From positions 57,173 to 121,172 of IMG/VR virus record IMGVR_UViG_2828164553_000001: a stretch of DNA of 64,000 nt; one strand, 5' to 3'. The translations under genes were made by a program, and so were the position numbers. Positions 9,190 to 17,431 of this stretch are shown piece by piece; position 1 is the first letter of the stretch; the number at the start of each line of letters is the position of its first letter. The notes under the pieces were generated by a model, which did not search any database, had not been told where the DNA came from, and saw nothing but the letters and a program-made list of their open reading frames with translations. This DNA is from a virus. Taxonomy: Duplodnaviria; Caudoviricetes.

Positions 9190-10868
9190 TGGGGGCGTCG
9201 GGGATTACTTCCCTGCACGTCATCCACCCCTGGGAGGACTTCCGTAACTTCGCGTTCGACCTCTGGACGCATCTGGCCCTGCCGTCGCCAACGCCCGTGC
9301 AGTACGACATCTGTTCGTACCTCCAGCACGGGCCGCGGCGCCGCATGGTCCAGGCGTTCCGAGGCGTGGGCAAGTCATTCCTCACGGCTGGATACGTGTG
9401 CTGGCTTCTCTGGAAAGACCCGCAGCACAAGATCATGGTGGTCTCGGCGAGCAAGGAGCGCGCTGACGCGTTCTCGGTGTTCGTTAAACAGATCATCGAG
9501 ACCTTCGAGCCGCTGTCGCACCTGCGCCCCCGCAGCGACCAGCGCAACTCCAACCTGGCCTTCGACGTTGGCCCTGCCCTCCCCGACCAATCGCCTTCGG
9601 TGAAGTCGGTAGGCATCACAGGCCAGCTTACCGGCTCGCGCGCTAACACGATTATTCCCGATGACATCGAGGTCGTGAAGAACTCGCAGACCATCGTGCA
9701 GCGAGAGAAGCTCGCAGAACTCATCAAGGAGTTCGATGCGGTACTGAAGCCAGGTGGACAGGTGATCTACCTCGGCACGCCACAGACCGAAGAGTCGCTC
9801 TACAACAAGCTGCCGGAACGCGGGTACGACATCCGCATTTGGCCCGCACGCTTTCCGAAGGACATGAAGCAGCGCGTCGCATACGGCGCCATGCTCGCTC
9901 CAGTGATCGCGGCGGCGTTCGACGACAATCAGGCCCTCGCCTGGACGCCGACCGACTCCAGGCGCTTCGACGAGAAGGACCTGATGGAGCGCGAAGCGTC
10001 CTACGGACGTGCTGGTTTCGCTCTGCAGTTCATGCTGGACACCACGCTATCTGACGCTGAGAAGTATCCGCTCAAGCTGTCGGACTTCATCGTCATGGAC
10101 GTTGATCGCGAGGTCGCGCCGATCCGTGTCGTGTGGTCCTCCGGTAAACAGCAGGTGGTCGAGGAATTGCCCTCCGTGGGCTTTTCGGGCGACCGCTGGC
10201 ACCAGCCGATGTACGTGGCTCCCGAGATGGAAGAGTTCACCGGATCGCTGATGACCGTCGATCCGTCCGGACGGGGCGGCGACGAGACGGGCTTCTGCGT
10301 CACCAAAGTTCTGCGCGGCATGATTTACCTGCGCCGCTCGGGCGGCTTCAAGGGCGGCTACGAGGACTCCACGCTGGAGGGCTTAGCGCACATTGCGCGC
10401 GCAGAGAAGGTCCAGCTAATCCTTGTCGAATCAAACTTCGGCGACGGCATGTTCAACAAGCTGTTCGAGCCGGTTCTGAAGCGGATCTACCCGTGCTCCG
10501 TCGAGGAAATCAAACACTCAACGCAGAAGGAGCGCCGAATCTGCGACACCATCGAGCCGGTTTTGAACCAGCATCGCCTGGTCGTGGACAAGGCCGTAAT
10601 CCGCGCCGACGCGGACACCGAAAACCACCACTACCAACTGTTCCACCAACTCTCCCGAATGACCCGCGACCGCGGCGCCGTCAAGCACGACGACCGCGTG
10701 GAACCGCTCGCAATGGCACTCGCGTACTGGGCCGACCAGCTTGCACGCAATGTTGAAGACGAAGAGTCGCGGCGCATGGAGGAACTGCAAGAACAGGACT
10801 ACCTCGACTTCATCCAATCGGTCACTGGCCGTGCGGTGGACGAGGCGAACTTCTACGACAACTACTAA
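9189..10868 (+). CDS. Terminase large subunit (T7 gp19-like)
   Basis: 'QAFRGVGKS' Walker A, 'GITGQLTGSRA', 'YLGTPQTEESLY', 'VDPSGRGGDET', 'HDDR' motifs. Confidence 0.95.
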   Translation: MGASGITSLHVIHPWEDFRNFAFDLWTHLALPSPTPVQYDICSYLQHGPRRRMVQAFRGVGKSFLTAGYVCWLLWKDPQHKIMVVSASKERADAFSVFVKQIIETFEPLSHLRPRSDQRNSNLAFDVGPALPDQSPSVKSVGITGQLTGSRANTIIPDDIEVVKNSQTIVQREKLAELIKEFDAVLKPGGQVIYLGTPQTEESLYNKLPERGYDIRIWPARFPKDMKQRVAYGAMLAPVIAAAFDDNQALAWTPTDSRRFDEKDLMEREASYGRAGFALQFMLDTTLSDAEKYPLKLSDFIVMDVDREVAPIRVVWSSGKQQVVEELPSVGFSGDRWHQPMYVAPEMEEFTGSLMTVDPSGRGGDETGFCVTKVLRGMIYLRRSGGFKGGYEDSTLEGLAHIARAEKVQLILVESNFGDGMFNKLFEPVLKRIYPCSVEEIKHSTQKERRICDTIEPVLNQHRLVVDKAVIRADADTENHHYQLFHQLSRMTRDRGAVKHDDRVEPLAMALAYWADQLARNVEDEESRRMEELQEQDYLDFIQSVTGRAVDEANFYDNY

Positions 10869-10881
10869 CCAAGGAACCACC

Positions 10882-11037
10882 ATGACCGAGTTTTTAATCA
10901 CTGCCGCCGTCTTCCTGGCGTTCGGCCTGTTTATCCGTAACCGCATCCGCAAGGCCAAGGCAGCGTCCGCATCTTCGGCCGGCGCACCTGTCGGCGGCGG
11001 CTCCACTGGCACCAAGCCGCACACGCAGGTTCGTTGA
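10882..11037 (+). CDS. Small membrane protein
   Basis: AAGGA RBS; N-terminal TM helix followed by basic residues. Confidence 0.55.
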   Translation: MTEFLITAAVFLAFGLFIRNRIRKAKAASASSAGAPVGGGSTGTKPHTQVR

Positions 11038-11483
11038 GCGAATCCATCCGCATCGCAACCCCGCTCACCAAGGTGAGCGAGGGTTTGCGCCTTCGGGCAT
11101 ATGTGTGCCCGGCCGGCAAGCTAACTATCGGATGGGGCCACACCGGCACCGACGTGAAGCCAAGTATGACGATCACCCCGGAGCGCGCTGAGCAGCTCCT
11201 GGAGGCCGACTTAAAGCGCGCCCTGGCAGGCGTAAGGGAGCACGTGCGCGTGCCTCTCAAAGCGCACCAGGAGGCCGCTCTCGTGGATTTCGTATTCAAT
11301 CTGGGCGCAGAGCGGCTACGCACATCTACCCTGCTGCGTCTGCTGAACTCTGGAAACTACACGGCAGTGTCCGCACAGCTGACCCGCTGGGTGTATGGCA
11401 CGGTCAACGGAAAGAGCCGCAAGCTGCCCGGGCTGATCACCCGACGCGCCGCGAACGTGGCGATGTGGGAAACCAATTCTTGA
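11034..11483 (+). CDS. Lysozyme (GH24 endolysin)
   Basis: 'EGLRLRAYVCPAGKLTIGWGHTG', 'ALVDFVFNLG', 'LPGLITRR'. Confidence 0.92.
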   Translation: MSESIRIATPLTKVSEGLRLRAYVCPAGKLTIGWGHTGTDVKPSMTITPERAEQLLEADLKRALAGVREHVRVPLKAHQEAALVDFVFNLGAERLRTSTLLRLLNSGNYTAVSAQLTRWVYGTVNGKSRKLPGLITRRAANVAMWETNS

Positions 11484-11568
11484 AGCGCCTTATCCGCAAC
11501 TTCTGCATCGAGGTGGCCTGTGGCTTCCTCGCCGCGCTTGGGATTGTGGTGGTACTGGAGCGTCTGCT

Positions 11569-11922
11569 TTGACTCTCCTGCAACTTCTGGCCGCATGCCA
11601 CTCGTGGAGCGAGCTGTGCGGCACGCTAGGCGCCATCTGGGGGGCGACCCCAGCGTACCTCCAGGGTCGCTGGTTCGCCTTCTGGGCGCACTATGAGCGC
11701 GGTCTGCGTGCGTCTTATCCCGCCTACGTTTCCTTGGTCGTCTTCGTGCTCCTGCCGATAACCCTGGTGATCGCCATTGCGACTGCCATCAAGGTACTCA
11801 TGGTGCACATCTGTGGAGTTCTTCCGGAACTCTCGCCGCGCTTCTGGCGAGAGCACGTTCGACCGCGAGACCTTCAAAATGGGCAAGCGCGCAGCACAGC
11901 TGCCGAAGGACACATGAAGTGA
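11569..11922 (+). CDS. Hypothetical membrane protein
   Basis: 117-aa ORF with a TM segment, continuing the late operon. Confidence 0.45.
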   Translation: MTLLQLLAACHSWSELCGTLGAIWGATPAYLQGRWFAFWAHYERGLRASYPAYVSLVVFVLLPITLVIAIATAIKVLMVHICGVLPELSPRFWREHVRPRDLQNGQARSTAAEGHMK

Positions 11923-11996
11923 GATAAGCGGGCACAGGGACGTGCCTGGCAAGGCGAAGTAGACCACTCCCAAGGCATCAATCCCAAACATGGACC

Positions 11997-12026
11997 TTGA
12001 CTCACAACTGGGACTTGTGCTACCCT
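11997..12026 (+). promoter_or_regulatory. Putative sigma70 promoter for the lipoprotein gene, overlapped by operator-like sites
   Basis: TTGACT-18bp-TACCCT with TG extension; operator-like sites at 11982-11995 and 12000-12013. Confidence 0.5.
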
Positions 12027-12132
12027 AAGTGACTTATAGAGTACCTATAGGTTCTCGGTAAGAGTTCTTCTAGTTCAAACAACAGGGGGTACTCTAAGAG
12101 AACACTTCAAGTTCTCCTCCGGTGCTCTCCCA

Positions 12133-12396
12133 GTGCTCCTTAAGTACGTTCCTGCCGTCCTATCCCTCGTCATCCTGGCTGGATGCACTCAGCGCGCACC
12201 GCAAGCGATCCCGAAGGGACTGCTGGTGACTGCTGACGGAGGTCAGATCATCGTGGTAGGCGACGGATTCAGCTGCGGCGGGGCCACCAAGGCCCACCCC
12301 GGCGAGGATGGCCTGAAGGACGCAGTTTCCAGCTGGGTAGAGTGCAAGCCTGACGCCTCCGCCAGTGCTCCTGCAGGGCCTCCCGATGGCTCGTAG
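12133..12396 (+). CDS. Small lipoprotein
   Basis: Signal peptide with lipobox LAGC; two further Cys. Confidence 0.7.
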   Translation: MLLKYVPAVLSLVILAGCTQRAPQAIPKGLLVTADGGQIIVVGDGFSCGGATKAHPGEDGLKDAVSSWVECKPDASASAPAGPPDGS

Positions 12397-12459
12397 CTAC
12401 GCACGTAGCGCCCCTCGGCTTTGACGCCCGCTATGGGGCACCTGGACGCCTTCCTGCGC

Positions 12460-12663
12460 CTATTCGATACCGCGCAGGGCCTTGGCTTCAGCTAGGTAGG
12501 CGTCTTTTTCCGGCGATGGCGGCTGTTTGCGTACCAAGTTGATGGTCGCGGCAGATGCTGAAATGGCGTCAGTGGTCGAGGTTGGGCGCAGGGACTGCAA
12601 AAGACCCTTAAGTACGTCACGCTGAGCATTGAGGCGGGCTTCCAGTTCGGTGATCGTGGGCAT
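12460..12663 (-). CDS. Hypothetical protein
   Basis: 67-aa ORF with AAGGA RBS. Confidence 0.5.
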   Translation of the reverse strand: MPTITELEARLNAQRDVLKGLLQSLRPTSTTDAISASAATINLVRKQPPSPEKDAYLAEAKALRGIE

Positions 12664-13132
12664 CGGGTCGTCCTTAGGGTCGAAATGTTTGGCGGAGATT
12701 TCCTTGAGGGTATCTGACTCCGAAACGTCGCGCGAATCCCCCCTCCAGGGGGTCGCAGTGTGCCGCGATTCTTCTCTTCGACGGCCTGCTGCGGCTCTGC
12801 CGTCCCTCTCTGCGTCACCTGTCGCCCTAAGCCGTTGAATTGAAGCGCCCCGCGCTGGATTCCCTATCCAGACGCCACCCAGACCTCAGGCGATAGCGCA
12901 CGCCTGGTGCGCTCCAGCCGTCCGCGTGTGTTCGCGTCTGTCTTTCCCTATCTGTCGTTTTGCTTCTGACCATAGGCGGACACCTGCCGAGCACTTACGG
13001 CCCTGCCCTGCCCATGCATAGCCCTTGGCGCATATCCCAGCAGCCAGCGCGCTAGATGCCCACCCATCTAACACCGACCGGCCGCGGTCAGCGCTCTACC
13101 TATTCGTGCGTTCTCTCACATATTTCGTTATA

Positions 13133-13176
13133 TCCCGAGATTGGGACTTGACCCGATCATGGAATTGATCTAGCTT
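13133..13176 (+). promoter_or_regulatory. Early promoter 1 with operators
   Basis: TTGACC(13148)-17bp-TAGCTT(13171); operator TCCCGAGATTGGGA at 13133-13146. Confidence 0.7.
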
Positions 13177-13182
13177 ATATCC

Positions 13183-13400
13183 CATCGGCCAGCCACACCG
13201 GCCGGCGCGATCCCTGAGCCGCCCAGCGCGGCGCTAAGAGAAGCAATCGGATTCAACCGGCCCCAGCCCGTGCAATGCGCTACTGGGGCGGCCTTCAAGG
13301 GCCTGCGACTACGCCGAGAGGCAACCGCAGGGGAACCGAAAGAGGCCAAGGCGGCTAGAGGCCGCACGGTTCCGGGGTGCTCTCAGGCATAGCCGCAACA
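13183..13400 (+). ncRNA. Putative structured non-coding RNA/leader A
   Basis: No credible ORF; closing stem CCTGAG(13213)/CTCAGG(13382) encloses several hairpins. Confidence 0.5.
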
Positions 13401-13450
13401 TCCCAACATTGGGAAATAACTTGACAACGGGACGATTCCAGATTTAGGAT
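13401..13450 (+). promoter_or_regulatory. Early promoter 2 with triple operator
   Basis: TTGACA(13421)-18bp-TAGGAT(13445); TCCCAACATTGGGA at 13401-13414, degenerate copies at 13419 and 13436. Confidence 0.75.
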
Positions 13451-13454
13451 ATGT

Positions 13455-13750
13455 CCCACGGTCGCTGAGGCGGCCAGCTGGCAAAGCGGGAAGCTCTCCC
13501 GTCGCATTCCGACCCTTGCACGGGGTCGTAAATAACACGGTGCGGCTGGACCAGCTAAGGCGCGATGAGGCGTCGTTGCGGGAAGTCCGGGACGGGAATG
13601 GCTATGCCTTCGCCCACCCACATGACGACCCCTCAACGACAGCGGAGCGGCACTGGCCCGAAACCGGCACGGCCTGACAATCCTGCACACCGCAGGAGAG
13701 TCGGGCCACTCAAGCGCCTCAGCAACACGGGGGTGTTTGAGTGGCTTGAT
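13455..13750 (+). ncRNA. Putative structured non-coding RNA/leader B
   Basis: GCTGAGGCG(13464)/CGCCTCAGC(13715) closing stem, three internal domains, alternative 16-bp hairpin at 13705-13745. Confidence 0.55.
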
Positions 13751-13765
13751 TCACTGGAGAACCCG

Positions 13766-13918
13766 ATGGAACACGATGCGATCCCCTACGTTGCACCCGA
13801 CGACCGCTTGATGGACACCGTGAGGTGGGAGCTGGCGTGCTACCGGACGAGTATCGGCCGTACTGAAGCTTTGTCCATTGCATCCCACATCTGGCACAAA
13901 TCCCACGAAGGAGCGTGA
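13766..13918 (+). CDS. Early hypothetical protein
   Basis: GGAGA RBS, ATG 13766. Confidence 0.5.
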   Translation: MEHDAIPYVAPDDRLMDTVRWELACYRTSIGRTEALSIASHIWHKSHEGA

Positions 13919-13919
13919 C

Positions 13920-14117
13920 ATGACTAGGCATAAGGAAGCGCACCACAGAAGAGTTCAAGCCGGCATGGGGAGGCCGGCAAGAAGAGCGCAGTACACCTGC
14001 CTGCGCGTCGTTGGCCGTTGGGTGCTGCGGCACCACGGCCTTGCGGTTGGCATCTATCCAACTCTGGGCGCACTTGTGGCGGCCCGGATCGAACACGAGG
14101 GACGCACTCATGGCTGA
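13920..14117 (+). CDS. Early hypothetical protein
   Basis: AAGGAG RBS; tightly packed with neighbours. Confidence 0.5.
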   Translation: MTRHKEAHHRRVQAGMGRPARRAQYTCLRVVGRWVLRHHGLAVGIYPTLGALVAARIEHEGRTHG

Positions 14118-14346
14118 GCACGACGGGATCACTGAGGGGCTGGAGTGCGACAACGCCGCAGTCATGGCCGGCTTCACTCGCGAAATATTCGCCAGGACAA
14201 CGACGCTCGATCTGCACCTATTGATCCGCCCCGACACTGATTTAGACGGACACTTCCGCGCCTGGTGCACTGACGAGCAGGAGTGGCTGCGGATCGGGGG
14301 GTGGAACTTCTGCATTCAGGACGTAAACTCTGGAGCGTCCGCATGA
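14110..14346 (+). CDS. Early hypothetical protein (acidic)
   Basis: GAGGG RBS; overlapping start/stop junctions. Confidence 0.55.
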   Translation: MAEHDGITEGLECDNAAVMAGFTREIFARTTTLDLHLLIRPDTDLDGHFRAWCTDEQEWLRIGGWNFCIQDVNSGASA

Positions 14347-14504
14347 TCGAGGAGGACGCTTTGAAGCTCACCAAGCTGCGCGCTGAGATTCGCAAACTCA
14401 ACCGCGAGTCGGACAAGCTGATGCTTGAGACTCGCTGGTATCCGATGGTCGTCACCACGGCGCTGTTCGCAGCGGTCGCGGCGGTCATCAAGTTGTTCGG
14501 CTGA
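14343..14504 (+). CDS. Small coiled-coil + C-terminal TM protein
   Basis: ATGA overlap; 'KLRAEIRKLNRE..ETRWYPMVV' followed by a TM helix. Confidence 0.6.
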   Translation: MIEEDALKLTKLRAEIRKLNRESDKLMLETRWYPMVVTTALFAAVAAVIKLFG

Positions 14505-14651
14505 ATGCCTGAAGTACCAGCGGGAGCGCTGCCCTAGCGCTACACCGGATGGGCTGCCTACGGCCCGGTGGCTGGTGAGTAAATCCTAGCAACCAGGTAA
14601 GCACCCGCACATCACTGGACGACGCGCCGCGCTGTCCGAAAATTCCCACAA

Positions 14652-14675
14652 GCCGCCTCCGGGCGGTTTTTTGTT
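14652..14675 (+). terminator. Rho-independent terminator
   Basis: GCCGCC-TCCG-GGCGGT followed by TTTTTGTT. Confidence 0.8.
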
Positions 14676-14692
14676 GCCCGGAGAACGGCTGC

Positions 14693-14881
14693 ATGACATC
14701 GCACCAAAGCATCATCGACCGCGATATTGAGCAATACGAAAGCGACGTAGAGCACCACTCAATGGCGCTCCTGCGCTGTCCGAACGGTCAGGAGTGGCTG
14801 CACCGCCGCCGGAGGGATGCGGCCGCGTCAGCCGCAAGCGCGCTGCGGACGTACCGCGAAGCGCTGAAGGCCACCGCATGA
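14693..14881 (+). CDS. Early hypothetical protein
   Basis: GGAGA RBS; ATGA overlap with ardA. Confidence 0.55.
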   Translation: MTSHQSIIDRDIEQYESDVEHHSMALLRCPNGQEWLHRRRRDAAASAASALRTYREALKATA

Positions 14882-15504
14882 GCAATCCACGCATCTACGT
14901 GGCCTGCCTGGCCTCCTACAACAATGGCGTCCTGCATGGGCGCTGGATCGAACTGGACGGGATGGACGCCGACGACGTGCAGGCGGAGATTGCCGCGATG
15001 CTGCGCGAGTCGCCACACCCGAACGTGACCGCGGAGTGCCCGGAGTGCGAGGGCAGCGGCGACGCCGCCCCTGATCGTCCAGCGGGAGTCCCGCCGCTGT
15101 GCGCAATATGCAACGGCACCGGCAAGGTGCCAAGCGCTGAGGAATGGGCCGTCCATGACAGCGAAGACCTGCCGACCAGCTTCCGGGACACCGAACACCC
15201 CGACCTGTCCGCTTTGATGGAACGACTGGAGGAGCTGGAAGACCTCAGTGATGACGAACGCGAAGCCTTCGATGCCTTCTGCGAGGTCGAGGGGGAAGAG
15301 GACGTGGATACGTTCCGCGAGCGTTACATCGGCGAGTTCAACAGCTGGGCGGAGATGGCCGAGCACCACGCGGACGAAACTGCGCTTCTTGAGGACGTCC
15401 CCGAGAACCTGCGGCGCTACTTCGATTACGAAAGCTACGGCCGTGACATGCGGGCGGGGGGCGAGGCCTACGAATCGCACGGCCACTACTTCTGGAGCCA
15501 CTGA
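14878..15504 (+). CDS. ardA: Antirestriction protein ArdA family (with inserted CxxCxGxG zinc finger)
   Basis: 'PRIYVACLASYNNGVLHGRWI', 'AEEWAVHD', 'LRRYFDYESYGRD'; very acidic. Confidence 0.9.
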   Translation: MSNPRIYVACLASYNNGVLHGRWIELDGMDADDVQAEIAAMLRESPHPNVTAECPECEGSGDAAPDRPAGVPPLCAICNGTGKVPSAEEWAVHDSEDLPTSFRDTEHPDLSALMERLEELEDLSDDEREAFDAFCEVEGEEDVDTFRERYIGEFNSWAEMAEHHADETALLEDVPENLRRYFDYESYGRDMRAGGEAYESHGHYFWSH

Positions 15505-15505
15505 C

Positions 15506-16036
15506 ATGAGCACCATCGAGCTGCACGGCCTGACCTTCGCCGTCGAGAAGGAACACGACTACGACGCCGGCGCGCCTTGGGACAGCGAGGAGGGACACGG
15601 GCCGGTCTCTGACTGGCGACACAAGCGCACCAAGCGCCCCGGTGAGCTGGTGTTGAATCAGCACAGCCCGATGGAAGTCCGCTTCTACGACTTCGCGGAA
15701 GCCTGCAAGATCGCCCTACGTGATGGCTGGGGATCGCGCTACGCCGAGCCGGGCATGAGCAGGCGCCAGGTCGCCGCACTGGCCGCCCGCGAGGACTACG
15801 AACACCTCAAGGCGTGGTGCCGCGATGGTTGGGGATACATCGGCGTAATCGTCACGCTGCTTGATGCGGACGGCAACAAGACCGACTACAGCGATGAACT
15901 ATGGGGCGTCGCGGATGACGGTTCACACGCTGACACGATGGCTTGCGACCTCGCACTGAGTATCGGTGCGCTGGTGAACTGGGGACCGACTATTGAGCTG
16001 CCGGCGCGCACTGTCGAGTTGCGGAGGGCCGCATAA
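15506..16036 (+). CDS. Early hypothetical protein
   Basis: GGAG RBS, 176 aa, phage-like codon usage. Confidence 0.65.
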   Translation: MSTIELHGLTFAVEKEHDYDAGAPWDSEEGHGPVSDWRHKRTKRPGELVLNQHSPMEVRFYDFAEACKIALRDGWGSRYAEPGMSRRQVAALAAREDYEHLKAWCRDGWGYIGVIVTLLDADGNKTDYSDELWGVADDGSHADTMACDLALSIGALVNWGPTIELPARTVELRRAA

Positions 16037-16114
16037 GCGGCTGTCACAACCAACACGCACACGGTGCTTCTGCGACAGGCGACTCGGGGCAGGGACACAT
16101 GGATTTGGCCGCCA

Positions 16115-16645
16115 CTATTTCCGAAATTTCTGAAAACGAAGATAGCGCCCGAAGGCTGATTCGACTCGCCCACGCACATCGCCAATTTTTTTCTCTACTG
16201 CCCGCAGGGTTGCCATGTCATTCAGCGTGACCGCATCTGAGAGGTCGAAAGGCGACTTGCGCTCAAGACCTGTCGCCTCTCTCCGGATCAACTCCATATC
16301 GCTCCTGATTGCATACATGAGGCTTGTCACCTCCCTGCCGAAGAGGAAGGACGCTTCAAGGAGGCAATCGTCAAATTCTGCAAGAACGTCCGCCGGGATG
16401 TCCTCGTACGGCTTGTGGAAACAATTGCTCTTTTGTCGGTACGCCGGCCCGCGCCGCCATCGGACCTCTGCCAGTACGCAATCTAGCAACCTTATTGTGG
16501 CCTTGTAGACCCTCAACCTTCGGTCATACGAATCAAGCCGAAGTTTGATGGTTCCAGTTCGCCACTGAGCAACTGCGACCGCCACGCCCAATGCCGCGAC
16601 GGCAGGGCCGAGAGTGGCTTTCATGAATTCAATTACATCAACCAT
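16115..16645 (-). CDS. Membrane-anchored hypothetical protein (moron)
   Basis: N-terminal TM then 'QWRT..KLRLDSYDRRLRVY'; antisense to the early operon. Confidence 0.6.
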   Translation of the reverse strand: MVDVIEFMKATLGPAVAALGVAVAVAQWRTGTIKLRLDSYDRRLRVYKATIRLLDCVLAEVRWRRGPAYRQKSNCFHKPYEDIPADVLAEFDDCLLEASFLFGREVTSLMYAIRSDMELIRREATGLERKSPFDLSDAVTLNDMATLRAVEKKIGDVRGRVESAFGRYLRFQKFRK

Positions 16646-16717
16646 CGAGTCCCCAGTGATCAACATTCGGGGCTATTGGAGCACAGCTATGCAGTTTAAA
16701 AAGCTAGGAGCGCGGCG

Positions 16718-16984
16718 TTGAACAGCTTCTTCGATCCACGCGCCGACACTGCAGTCCACGCACCAGACGGCAAGGTATTTGCCTATGGTCCCCGCATCAC
16801 CCGCGGGGGCACCTTCGGCAAACCTGAGTACGCCGAGCCTCCCAACCCCGGCGAGACGCCCGACCACTGGGAGGTCCGCTGGGTGGACTACTACGACAAC
16901 GCGGGCCACTTCATAGACGGCTGGATCGCGGACTGCGCGGTCGAAGCGCACGCGAAGTTGCTGGCCAAGGCACTAAGTCAGTGA
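16718..16984 (+). CDS. Early hypothetical protein
   Basis: AGGAG RBS before TTG start. Confidence 0.55.
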   Translation: MNSFFDPRADTAVHAPDGKVFAYGPRITRGGTFGKPEYAEPPNPGETPDHWEVRWVDYYDNAGHFIDGWIADCAVEAHAKLLAKALSQ

Positions 16985-17157
16985 AGGCGGTCGCAGACTT
17001 TAGACAGCATGCTGCCTCAATTAAAGCTAAGGCCTTGGGCCATTCTTTCAATTAGTAAAAGGCCGCCGACATAGCGTCGGCGACCAATGTTAAAACAGCT
17101 TTACTCAAAAGCTCCGAGATACTTCGCTTCTCAGCATAATTTCAAAAAAATTCAAAC

Positions 17158-17409
17158 CTACTTACTAGCCCGAGTTGGCGCGATGAAGTTAAAAAACCAT
17201 CTCCAAGCTGACGTCACAGTCAACAAGCACACTAGGCCCGAGAGAGCAGCCAAGATTACCATCCAGGGCTTCAGTGCTACAGGGAACGGCGGGTTCGAAA
17301 ATGCGGCAGGCGCAACAAATCCAGACCAAACGCACACGATAAACGAAACCATGAATATTGCGGCAGTCCTCCCGCGAGGATAGCTTAATCCCAACATGTA
17401 GCACCTCAT
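17158..17409 (-). CDS. Small two-TM membrane protein
   Basis: Two hydrophobic segments; directly downstream of the secreted protein gene. Confidence 0.45.
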   Translation of the reverse strand: MRCYMLGLSYPRGRTAAIFMVSFIVCVWSGFVAPAAFSNPPFPVALKPWMVILAALSGLVCLLTVTSAWRWFFNFIAPTRASK

Positions 17410-17431
17410 GGATGAAATTTGACTTTTAAAG

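Noticed and set aside
11994-12013. T7-RNAP-promoter look-alike (GACTCAC…GGGA)
   Set aside because: Single occurrence, better explained as a sigma70 -35 box inside an operator site; no second copy seen before late genes.
13455-13765. Identification of leader B as RNase P RNA, tmRNA, cobalamin/c-di-GMP riboswitch, or pistol/hammerhead ribozyme
   Set aside because: Only short fragments resemble these (GGAAGTCCGGG, CGTAAA after a hairpin, GGCAAA); the required partner motifs are missing. A covariance-model search is needed.
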